From a virus (Duplodnaviria; Heunggongvirae; Uroviricota; Caudoviricetes), in the IMG/VR virus record IMGVR_UViG_3300034104_004745, positions 64,001 through 128,000 of that record: a stretch of DNA of 64,000 nucleotides; one strand, 5' to 3'. Under the pieces are notes generated by a model that did no database searches, was not told the DNA's origin, and was given only the letters and a program-made list of their open reading frames with translations. The position numbers and the translations under genes are program-made. Positions 1 through 8,102 of this stretch are shown here, piece by piece. Position 1 is the stretch's first letter; every line of letters begins with the position of its first letter.

Positions 1-449
1 CCAGAATCTGTAACCGATATACTAACCAAGGAATTGGTACCAACATTTATGTTGTTTACCTTTAAATTTCCAGTAATTTCGGTATTTGTGTTAATTAATA
101 ACCCATTTGCTTGAGAAATAGACGCGGTTGCACTTCCTTGGGAGATTTGGCTAAGATTTAGCCCGGTAACCCCACTGGCTGGTATATTATACAATTGAGC
201 ACCATCCCCACCAAAAGAACCAGTAAAGGAACCGGTAGAATATGATGAGGTAAAACTATTAAAGCTATTGGTGTGTTGATGGAAGCTTGAAGTTAGGGTA
301 TAAGCTGACGCATGTGATGTCGAAACCGCATTTTCTGCAGTACCTGAAATGGTTGCAAATAAGGTACCCAAAACGGTCAAATCACCCGAAACTTGCCCAG
401 AACCTGAGACCGACAGTGACCCTGAAACTAATGGATTAAATATATTCAT
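1..449 (-). CDS. Ser/Thr/Gly-rich tail-fibre-like structural protein, 5' part only (runs off the window)
   Basis: Not in the ORF track. ATG at 449, open to base 1: MNIFNPLVSGSLSVSG...GSFTGSFGGDGAQLYNIPASGVTGLNLSQISQGSATASIS. The same motif occurs in the fibre ORFs at 29160-34460 and 42215-46651. Confidence 0.85.
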   Translation of the reverse strand, partial: MNIFNPLVSGSLSVSGSGQVSGDLTVLGTLFATISGTAENAVSTSHASAYTLTSSFHQHTNSFNSFTSSYSTGSFTGSFGGDGAQLYNIPASGVTGLNLSQISQGSATASISQANGLLINTNTEITGNLKVNNINVGTNSLVSISVTDS

Positions 450-470
450 CTAAATGTGTATTATACTTAG

Positions 471-478
471 ATAAATAC
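471..478 (-). promoter_or_regulatory. Putative late-promoter motif GTATTTAT
   Basis: Recurrent coding-strand TATTTAT motif, 21 nt upstream of the ATG at 449. Confidence 0.5.
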
Positions 479-490
479 TTTGTCCTTCGG

Positions 491-1522
491 TTATATTAAA
501 TTATTTATTGTCTTAGGAATATATAAATCTACGATGTCGTGCATATTATGGGTACACCCGTATTTTTTATTTATTTTAACCAATTCTATTAAGAACTTAT
601 CAAATTCGGGGTGATTGTGTGACCAAATTTGTTTTAATCTAAATTCCCCTTCTGAATATGTACCCCAGTTGTCTATTTTATTAAAAAATATGTTTACGTT
701 GTTTTTAAAGATTTTCATTATCATTACATAAAAATCCCACATTTCCGTATAATTTGTGTCTTGAACAACAAATGACACATTTTTTTTATTCATGGGGATT
801 TTTGATATAAATTTTAAATTTTCAATCAGGGTTTCCCAATTACCACCTCGTCTAACCACCTCGTACGTTTCTTTTTTACTGGCGTCTACACTAATTTCAA
901 TGGTTTTTATTAAATGGTGTATATGGGATAATTTATCCCACATTTGCTTATTTAAAAGCAACCCGTTGGTGTGTAAGTGAATGTGATTTAGTCTTGGATA
1001 CTTATTAAGGTCAATATTAAATAAAAAATTTCTAAATGTTTTGGATGCAAATGGGTCAGATGTCCCTGAAAGGTATATTAGTTCAACACTGTCGCTGAAC
1101 TGAGTGATAACCTCGTTTAGTTTTGATTCAACAAAATCAATTTCGGAACCATTTGCCATTATCATTGAAGTCCTACATGTTGGGCAGGATAAATTACAAC
1201 TTCTGTCAAATGCGAAATTTAAGCTTTTGGGACCGTTTTTATATTTTTCTAAGTTAAAATCTTCTTTTTTAATAAATTTTGATGGTGGTCTCTTTGTTGA
1301 AATAAAACTAGATAGATATGGGCAAGCTGTTTTAGAACAATATTTATATGACCCATCTAAAATAGAATCTTGTACTTTTGTTAATTGATCTCCACCCCAA
1401 ACCTGACTTAATGAATTACCAACATTATTAGGTAGCCAGGTTGGGCAACAACTATGTGTACTATTTTTATGTATTTCCAAGTACATAAAAGGTGTGGGGC
1501 ATACATAATCATTCAACTTCAT
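491..1522 (-). CDS. Radical SAM protein with N-terminal twitch/SPASM-like domain
   Basis: CNLSCPTC (CxxxCxxC), N-terminal C..P....SCC..C..C, SGTSDPF in place of GGEP, HTNG, ISVD. Confidence 0.9.
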   Translation of the reverse strand: MKLNDYVCPTPFMYLEIHKNSTHSCCPTWLPNNVGNSLSQVWGGDQLTKVQDSILDGSYKYCSKTACPYLSSFISTKRPPSKFIKKEDFNLEKYKNGPKSLNFAFDRSCNLSCPTCRTSMIMANGSEIDFVESKLNEVITQFSDSVELIYLSGTSDPFASKTFRNFLFNIDLNKYPRLNHIHLHTNGLLLNKQMWDKLSHIHHLIKTIEISVDASKKETYEVVRRGGNWETLIENLKFISKIPMNKKNVSFVVQDTNYTEMWDFYVMIMKIFKNNVNIFFNKIDNWGTYSEGEFRLKQIWSHNHPEFDKFLIELVKINKKYGCTHNMHDIVDLYIPKTINNLI

Positions 1523-1526
1523 TGGG

Positions 1527-2174
1527 TTATATTAAATAAGCATGCGGTGATTCACCTTTATCAAGTCTAACTCTATTTTTATCGGCTAAAACAAATTTAT
1601 TATAAATCACGTCATTGAGTTCTACACCAACATATCTTAATATGTCTTTAACAACCGATTTGTTTCTATCCGTATAAATGTCTTCAAAATAAAATATTGG
1701 GTATCCATTTTCGGATAAGCCATGTAGTTTTTTAGACTCTTCGATTAATATTTTTTTTCTATATTCAATATCACTTTCCTCAATACCAGAAAAATCATAA
1801 TATTGTCTTTTATGCCAATCTCCCTTTGTACCTTTTATTGCATGGTATACAAAACTTTCACTTTGTAGAGTTTTATCTTTTCGGTCTAAAAGTATTATTT
1901 TTTCAAAATAATTGAAAAACCAATCCCAATACATTTCATCATTATTTAAAAAACCATTTGGTCGATGAACGTCGTTTAAAAATGTTTTAATGAAAACATT
2001 ATTTTTATTTTCATAAAAACTAGGTAAATAAACATTTCTATTTTTTAATTCGTATAGATATTGATTAAATGGCTCGCAGTGGCTGGTATAATTTAAAGAA
2101 TCTAAATGTTCTTTAATAAGGTAAAAAAGTGTTGTTGATCCGGTTCTTTCGCTACCTAATATTGCAATTCTCAT
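1527..2174 (-). CDS. PAPS-dependent sulfotransferase-like protein
   Basis: N-terminal ILGSERTGSTTL (5'-PSB loop), EPFN, LDRKD (3'-PB region), FEDI. Confidence 0.75.
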   Translation of the reverse strand: MRIAILGSERTGSTTLFYLIKEHLDSLNYTSHCEPFNQYLYELKNRNVYLPSFYENKNNVFIKTFLNDVHRPNGFLNNDEMYWDWFFNYFEKIILLDRKDKTLQSESFVYHAIKGTKGDWHKRQYYDFSGIEESDIEYRKKILIEESKKLHGLSENGYPIFYFEDIYTDRNKSVVKDILRYVGVELNDVIYNKFVLADKNRVRLDKGESPHAYLI

Positions 2175-2695
2175 ATAAGCTTGTTTTTATTTGGTTCCAT
2201 TCTGAATTTATGAATAAACATCGCAATTGACCATCTTTCCCTTTCGATTAATGGTGTTATTTGGTGAGGTATTTGTGATTGAAATATACAAACATTACCC
2301 ACTTTTTTATCAATGACTATTGGTTTATCATCTTCATCATAAATTATATAATCTCCACCAATAAAATCTTCATTTAAGATGATACCAACATTCCACTCTT
2401 TTATAGGATTTCCGGTGTCTATATGCTTACCAAATTCATCACCAACAGTGAAGTGATGTAAATTTAGTTTAATAGGTCTTAAAAAAATGTGTAACTTCAT
2501 CTCTTTTTCGAAAAAGTCACACATTCTTTTTATAATCCAGTCAACATCGGTCTTATATTCCAATGTGTAAAATTTATAATTAAAATTATCGAATTCACCC
2601 CATCTACCATTAGTACCTAATAATGGATATTTGTTTTTTAAATTTATGATAGTTTTACATTCATCTTCGGTAAATAAAATAGATTGAATTAACAT
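2171..2695 (-). CDS. 2OG-Fe(II) oxygenase
   Basis: HID...H(QITP)...R(WSIA) facial triad and 2OG-binding Arg; LNEDFIGGD. Confidence 0.85.
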   Translation of the reverse strand: MLIQSILFTEDECKTIINLKNKYPLLGTNGRWGEFDNFNYKFYTLEYKTDVDWIIKRMCDFFEKEMKLHIFLRPIKLNLHHFTVGDEFGKHIDTGNPIKEWNVGIILNEDFIGGDYIIYDEDDKPIVIDKKVGNVCIFQSQIPHQITPLIERERWSIAMFIHKFRMEPNKNKLI

Positions 2696-2722
2696 TTGTA
2701 ATGGTTGATTTTTTGTTTATTA

Positions 2723-3253
2723 CTATATGATTTTTAATTTACCATTTTTTATTTGTGATTTTCTAAAAAAAACCAATATAATGTTTCTAATCCCTTCTTT
2801 TATTTCATAAAGCTCATGTTCAAATATTGATTCAAAAAAATAACAGTTACCAATAATTTTTTGAAAATTAAATATTTCGGTATTATTAGTAATGTTCTCA
2901 ATAATAAATTCTCCTCCCTCAAAATCATCATTTAATAATAAACCTAACCCATATAATCTGTTATGAATACTATCGTTGTGCCTATTAAATTTATCTCCCT
3001 TAACATATGTTTGTAAATAAAACTCTTTACTATCCGTATTTTCCCAATCAATAGAAATATTAAATTCTTCGTTTATCCACAATATAAATCTATCTAATAT
3101 CCACTTATCTTCAACGTCATTCATATTTTTATAAGTGTAACTTATACTTGACTTACGTATTTGATTTCCATCGATAGGTTTCAGTTCATACTTTTTTAAA
3201 ATCAAATCACACTCTTCTTTTGAAAAAAGTATCTTTTGTTTTGGTGTAGTCAT
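2723..3253 (-). CDS. 2OG-Fe(II) oxygenase (start probably M13 at 3253)
   Basis: HND...LNDDFEGGEF...HEL...R. The track start at 3289 overlaps the upstream gene. Confidence 0.85.
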   Translation of the reverse strand: MTTPKQKILFSKEECDLILKKYELKPIDGNQIRKSSISYTYKNMNDVEDKWILDRFILWINEEFNISIDWENTDSKEFYLQTYVKGDKFNRHNDSIHNRLYGLGLLLNDDFEGGEFIIENITNNTEIFNFQKIIGNCYFFESIFEHELYEIKEGIRNIILVFFRKSQIKNGKLKII

Positions 3254-3254
3254 A

Positions 3255-3986
3255 TTATATAATAGATTTAGTTCTTTTAAAAGCGCCATCTACGTATTTG
3301 TCAACAAATTCTATCAATTCTGGTGTTTTTGTTATCGCACAGTAATCTATTTTTGTTTGATTAACGTGTGATAATTTGAAATCAACATTAAGTTTTTCAG
3401 ACATATAATCTTCAAATTCCTCTATTCTATCAAAATGAAATTCCTTAACTTTTACTGTATCGTTTAATATCCAATTATATTGTGAAATAAATGTCAATAT
3501 ATGAAGTGAAAAACGATGAACAAATTTATTATCTTTTTTCAATTCTTCGGGAAATTCTAATTCATCAATTAATTTAAGAAAAAGTTTTTTTACTGTATCA
3601 TTATCTCCATACGCGTTAATGAAATCATTATAATTGTTTTTTATAAAATTAATTAAAAATTCATTGTTTTTATTTTTCATTTTATCTAACGTAAAAGAAT
3701 CTAATAACTCGGAAGATTGTGCAATAAAAAATTTCCACGCTGAAATAAATCTATCTGTTGAATTTCTTAGTATACAAACGTAATCTAAATTATCCCCAAA
3801 TGTTCTAATTAAAGATTGTACTTTTGTATGAATATGTTTATTTTTTTGCCCATCCTCCTTCATTGTATTTTCCCATAAAATATTGGTATATTTTAAATCG
3901 AAATTGTATTCCTTACAGGTAAATTCTACTGACCATGATGCGTTTTTTGGTATTGGGATGAACGCAATTTTATCATTTATGACCAT
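3255..3986 (-). CDS. Sulfotransferase family 2-like protein
   Basis: FIPIPKNASWS (PKxAS 5'-PSB) and LRNSTDRFISAW (RxPxxRxxS-like 3'-PB). Confidence 0.8.
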   Translation of the reverse strand: MVINDKIAFIPIPKNASWSVEFTCKEYNFDLKYTNILWENTMKEDGQKNKHIHTKVQSLIRTFGDNLDYVCILRNSTDRFISAWKFFIAQSSELLDSFTLDKMKNKNNEFLINFIKNNYNDFINAYGDNDTVKKLFLKLIDELEFPEELKKDNKFVHRFSLHILTFISQYNWILNDTVKVKEFHFDRIEEFEDYMSEKLNVDFKLSHVNQTKIDYCAITKTPELIEFVDKYVDGAFKRTKSII

Positions 3987-3989
3987 TTA

Positions 3990-4553
3990 TTATATAAAAC
4001 TTTTAGTATTTTTAACAACATCTTTTATTTGGAATCCTAATGTTAAAGTTATTCTAGGTTTTTCACCTATTACGGGGGTACTGCCATGTTTAACTTTACC
4101 CGCAACACATCTCCACACCATCCTTTCCTTTAATTCATTTATTTTACCGTTATATATGGAATGTCCTCCTTGTTCGGGATAAGATAGTATAATATTATAT
4201 CTGACATGTGTATACCCATCCACATTCATATCAGTATGTGTGTGAATTGATCCGCCCTCTCTATTAATACCAATGGCATCTTCAAAATTTGGGTCTAATA
4301 TCCAATCGTTAATTTTTTCTACTTCAATTACCCTATCCTTTATCTTTTTTACTATATCTAATGGGGAATTTGGTATCCTATTTAATACACCGATTTGTCT
4401 AGAACCGTATGGTGCATTTATGGTATGACTATTTGTTGTGTTTATTTCAAATAGATGTGAATTAGAATTTGTCCAAAATAAAAGAATTTCTTGTTCTTCG
4501 TTTGTTATAAATTCCTCATAACCATAGGTGTCATTCAACTCTATGTGTTTCAT
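3990..4553 (-). CDS. 2OG-Fe(II) oxygenase
   Basis: HTD...HGSTP...RITL motifs. Confidence 0.85.
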   Translation of the reverse strand: MKHIELNDTYGYEEFITNEEQEILLFWTNSNSHLFEINTTNSHTINAPYGSRQIGVLNRIPNSPLDIVKKIKDRVIEVEKINDWILDPNFEDAIGINREGGSIHTHTDMNVDGYTHVRYNIILSYPEQGGHSIYNGKINELKERMVWRCVAGKVKHGSTPVIGEKPRITLTLGFQIKDVVKNTKSFI

Positions 4554-4569
4554 AAGTTAATTTTATAAT

Positions 4570-4692
4570 TTATTGACTCGTAATGTCAGTATAAATAAGA
4601 GTTGCAACCTCTTGCATTATGGTTGCAACATTTGTATTAGTTGTACCACTTGTTGGTACAACTTCTGATGATAAAATTTTTGGTTTTGACAT
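4570..4692 (-). CDS. Small 40-aa Ser/Thr-rich ORF (MSKPKILSSEVVPTSGTTNTNVATIMQEVATLIYTDITSQ)
   Basis: ATG at 4692 after an A-rich leader fills the gap between the 511-aa gene and the oxygenase. The longer 81-aa version in the track overlaps the upstream gene. Confidence 0.5.
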   Translation of the reverse strand: MSKPKILSSEVVPTSGTTNTNVATIMQEVATLIYTDITSQ

Positions 4693-4714
4693 TTTTTTAT
4701 AATTTATAAATTTA

Positions 4715-6250
4715 TTATTCTTTAGGAACTCTTTCTCCTCCGCCGCCACAATAAGAGCAACTGTTACACGACCACCAACTACATCCACCACCAGAACACC
4801 AGCTGTAACACGCATTATGTTGTATAAATGCTAAACCTAAAGTTTCATCTAAAACCGGTAGGAATACATCACTTTGTTCAACATTTATATCAAATATCAT
4901 TCTATTTACATAAACCACCTCTAAATTTGTTATTTTAGATTTAGTTAACGTATCATTAATATAATCATAAAACACAATGGAATCATCTATTCTAAATGTA
5001 TTTGTTAATGCATATGTGGTACGAAGTGTATCAAACTCTTCAATAATCATGTTACTACCAGGTAAATCTTCATATGTTAAACCATTTTCTAAAGTGACTT
5101 TAATCATTAAACATTCTTTTTGAGCTCCACTTATTTCTTCAACTATTGTTGATGAAGTTGTAAATACTGTAAGGTCGTCTGTAAAATTATTACTGTTCAC
5201 TCCAGGTATAAAATTTGGGATGCCGTCGATTAATTCATCGTCAAGGGGTACCCACGGAAGTAGTAATGTTTTTAATGTACTATTAATCGTTATTTGACTT
5301 GGTAACACTAAATCACCTTCACCATTTAAAATTTTTGTATCATTGTCTAAAATGTAAATCTCACCAAGGGTATTTGGTGATTTAGTCATCCATAGTACTC
5401 TAGATGATTGTGACATCAAACCATTTGAATCATACTCTGTTGGCCATTCATCATGTTTAACTTGTGAAGTCATTATATATGACCCCAAATGTAAACAACT
5501 AAGTGTTCCTCCATATAATATATCTAAACTTCTAATTACACCCATTTTTTCATTCACAATATTATCAGAATGAGTGTGATACTCTTCCATGTATTCCGAT
5601 TCAATTAATGATTCTTTCAATAATTGTAAATTTTCTAATGATGTGATTTTATACAATTTCGGATATGTAACAAGATTTCTATTAGGATATCTAGGTTTAA
5701 CAATGTAATTTGGTGTATCTCCATTTGTAATATGTAAATCGGTTAATTGGTCAATATTTAAATAGGTATCAACATTAGATGAATAGAATATGTTTGGTGA
5801 ATATGATTTATTTTGAATCAATCTATGAAAATTAACTTTATCTTTCGTATATTCTTCATCCACAACCGCTGTGGTATCATATGATGTTCTTATGATTAAT
5901 GTGTTATCACCGTCCTCAATATATGGAACCGTTATTGAATTATGTGCCACTTGGTGAAAGGTAAATGAACCATCTAAATCACCTATAATTTCTTCCATTT
6001 TATCTTTGATGGTAACATCATTAAGATTCGTACTAAATGCACCATCTTTTTCACTATAAATGATATTTCCCTCAGTTACAATAAGATGTAAATTATTTAT
6101 GGAATTATCTATCAAAAATTGCCTAAAAGAGTCCCAATCTAAATTTGGTACGATTTTATTATGTACATCAACATTCGTATTTGTTTCAATTATTCTTAGA
6201 TTTCCGTTTGAATCTTTTAATAGATCCGTACCAATTATTACTGCTTTCAT
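4715..6250 (-). CDS. Circularly permuted ATP-grasp + Hint (intein-like) domain + C-terminal six-Cys peptide fusion
   Basis: N-terminal GTD..D.NG..IIETN, then DK, IVKP, EEY, R. Hint-like region ILDNDTKIL...IKVTLENG...IFDINVE...FIQHN, followed by ACYSWCSGGGCSWWSCNSCSYCGGGGERVPKE. Confidence 0.7.
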   Translation of the reverse strand: MKAVIIGTDLLKDSNGNLRIIETNTNVDVHNKIVPNLDWDSFRQFLIDNSINNLHLIVTEGNIIYSEKDGAFSTNLNDVTIKDKMEEIIGDLDGSFTFHQVAHNSITVPYIEDGDNTLIIRTSYDTTAVVDEEYTKDKVNFHRLIQNKSYSPNIFYSSNVDTYLNIDQLTDLHITNGDTPNYIVKPRYPNRNLVTYPKLYKITSLENLQLLKESLIESEYMEEYHTHSDNIVNEKMGVIRSLDILYGGTLSCLHLGSYIMTSQVKHDEWPTEYDSNGLMSQSSRVLWMTKSPNTLGEIYILDNDTKILNGEGDLVLPSQITINSTLKTLLLPWVPLDDELIDGIPNFIPGVNSNNFTDDLTVFTTSSTIVEEISGAQKECLMIKVTLENGLTYEDLPGSNMIIEEFDTLRTTYALTNTFRIDDSIVFYDYINDTLTKSKITNLEVVYVNRMIFDINVEQSDVFLPVLDETLGLAFIQHNACYSWCSGGGCSWWSCNSCSYCGGGGERVPKE

Positions 6251-6271
6251 TATTATTTTTTATTATTTATA

Positions 6272-6279
6272 TATAAATA
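6272..6279 (-). promoter_or_regulatory. Putative late-promoter motif TATTTATA
   Basis: Exact motif about 21 nt upstream of the ATG at 6250. Confidence 0.5.
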
Positions 6280-6287
6280 TCCTTATT

Positions 6288-6929
6288 TTAAATTAACGAT
6301 GAGGTCTTCTTAACGAATTCCAAACCAATATTTCCCGCTAAAACTATTCTATCAATTGTCGAATTTGGGGCATTTTTAGGAGAATGGGGTACATCTGCTT
6401 GCATAATTATTAATTCGTCTTCCTCAGGTTTAACCCAATATTCGACACCTTTTTTATTTTTAAAGTACAATACCCCATCATCACCATTCATAACATCAGG
6501 CATTTGAATATAATAAACAAAGGTAAAGTCGGGGTGGAACGTCTTTAATTTTTTATTAATATCCGTATGGACGTGGTATTTGTCGACATTATTTTTCCAA
6601 AATTCTGTTTGCACTGGTTTTTTATGTCTAATTCGATTTACCCAAGTTTCTAGGTTAACTTTATTAAAAGGGATGTTATCATCCTCGTATATTTTTTTAC
6701 ACTCATTAATTCCTATTTGTGTAATTTCGTCCATTTTATTTGATATATTCAATTCACCTGATGAATTTATAGAGTCCGTCCAATATATAACACCAAATCC
6801 ATCATGTTTAGATTCCGGTTGGGACTTTATTATTTTGTTAGCCTCTTCCAATAAAGAATCTTTGTATTTTACCAAATTTAATTTTTTTTTCCATATAAAT
6901 GTATTTTCATCAAAGTATATTTTTTTCAT
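6288..6929 (-). CDS. Putative 2OG-Fe(II) oxygenase (TIGR02466-like type)
   Basis: HVHTD, FTFVYYIQMP, G.L.F, PHSP, RIVLAGN. Confidence 0.75.
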   Translation of the reverse strand: MKKIYFDENTFIWKKKLNLVKYKDSLLEEANKIIKSQPESKHDGFGVIYWTDSINSSGELNISNKMDEITQIGINECKKIYEDDNIPFNKVNLETWVNRIRHKKPVQTEFWKNNVDKYHVHTDINKKLKTFHPDFTFVYYIQMPDVMNGDDGVLYFKNKKGVEYWVKPEEDELIIMQADVPHSPKNAPNSTIDRIVLAGNIGLEFVKKTSSLI

Positions 6930-7534
6930 AATAAAACTTTAGTCTCTATTTTTTTATAAAAATTGGTTCCGTTAAATGTTGTATATTTCAACTCAAATTC
7001 ACCGTTTTTAAAATGAAGATTTTTATATGGTAATGCTTCATATTCCGCATCTGTCAATTTATGCCTAACCGCATTAAATACATTATCTTTAACTGGCGTT
7101 GAAAAAAAACCAACTATGGTTCCCTGTTTACAATTTGGTTTTACATAATCTAAAAATTTAGAAATATTTGGGTCCCTATGTGTGTCATGTAAAATACCGT
7201 CAAACTTTGATTGTAGTGTTGGTAAAACATTAATCCAATCACCTAAAATTATTTTTACTTTTGGTTTGTCTTGTGCCCATTTTAATGCGCTTTTAAACAT
7301 TTCGGGGTGTATTTCAATTATTGTATGTGATGTTATATTTGGATTAGACTGAATTCCGTCAGCAGATAAATGCATACCAAAACCAATTTCAAGTATATCT
7401 CCACCATTTTTTGTTACTATTTCTGCTAACCTATACATTAAAGATTTTTCCCCTTTATGCATTACCCAATCTTTTTCTAAATTTGTAATTCTAATCTCAT
7501 CGTCAGATATTATTACTTTTTCTGTTCCCTTCAT
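6926..7534 (-). CDS. Class I SAM methyltransferase, guanidinoacetate-MT/RMT2-like
   Basis: GGDILEIGFGMHLSA, HTIIEIHPE, ILGDW, FDGILHDT. Confidence 0.8.
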   Translation of the reverse strand: MKGTEKVIISDDEIRITNLEKDWVMHKGEKSLMYRLAEIVTKNGGDILEIGFGMHLSADGIQSNPNITSHTIIEIHPEMFKSALKWAQDKPKVKIILGDWINVLPTLQSKFDGILHDTHRDPNISKFLDYVKPNCKQGTIVGFFSTPVKDNVFNAVRHKLTDAEYEALPYKNLHFKNGEFELKYTTFNGTNFYKKIETKVLL

Positions 7535-7756
7535 TTATAAAATATTCTTATTTTTTAACCCATACTTAATCCACCTATACCATACCCTTTCATGAATATA
7601 ATATTGAATTGGTTTATATACTAATTCAGCAACACCAAATGCTGCGCCAACCTTAATCGAACCACTTATCCACCACATTATAATAAACCCAATTAGGGTG
7701 CTTATAACACGGTACGAAATGGTTTTTGCAATGTGTCTTTTACGTTCTACTACCAT
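7535..7756 (-). CDS. DUF2061-like small membrane protein
   Basis: RHIAKTISYR...two hydrophobic segments...YYIHERVW. Confidence 0.75.
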   Translation of the reverse strand: MVVERKRHIAKTISYRVISTLIGFIIMWWISGSIKVGAAFGVAELVYKPIQYYIHERVWYRWIKYGLKNKNIL

Positions 7757-8102
7757 CTGAATTTATTAATTTATTTCTTATTGCAGTTCCACTTATTTCA
7801 GCAATTTCTGTGGGTGGTTCGTGATAAATAACCTCGTATCCAACCCCTCTACCATAATTAACCGATTCAATATCTGGGATAATAGATACGAGAATCTTAT
7901 CAAAATTATTGTTGAAGAAAGGTTCTTGTATTAACATCTGAAAAACTTCTTGTGCCGTCTTTGGGTTGTTTTCGTCAACTTCAACATCTCTAATAGCAAC
8001 CCATACATTTTTACCTTGGTTTAATTGTTGATTAATCAACCATTCGTGACCTTTGTGCCAGTTCTGCCATCTACCGATGTATAGTGCGTATTTTTTACTC
8101 AT
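7740..8102 (-). CDS. HIGH-family nucleotidyltransferase (NadM/cytidylyltransferase-like)
   Basis: IGRWQNWHKGH and C-terminal ISGTAIR. Confidence 0.8.
   Translation of the reverse strand: MSKKYALYIGRWQNWHKGHEWLINQQLNQGKNVWVAIRDVEVDENNPKTAQEVFQMLIQEPFFNNNFDKILVSIIPDIESVNYGRGVGYEVIYHEPPTEIAEISGTAIRNKLINSDGSRT

Noticed and set aside
4570-4815. 81-aa track ORF (MRVTAGVLVVDVVGG...)
   Set aside because: Its first half is an alternative-frame shadow of the Gly/Cys-rich tail of the 511-aa gene; only the part from ATG 4692 is plausible.
4814-5353. Hint region as a selfish splicing intein or mobile element
   Set aside because: No Cys/Ser at position 1, no block B TxxH, Ala at +1, no homing endonuclease, and it is not inserted in a conserved host-protein core; splicing is not expected.
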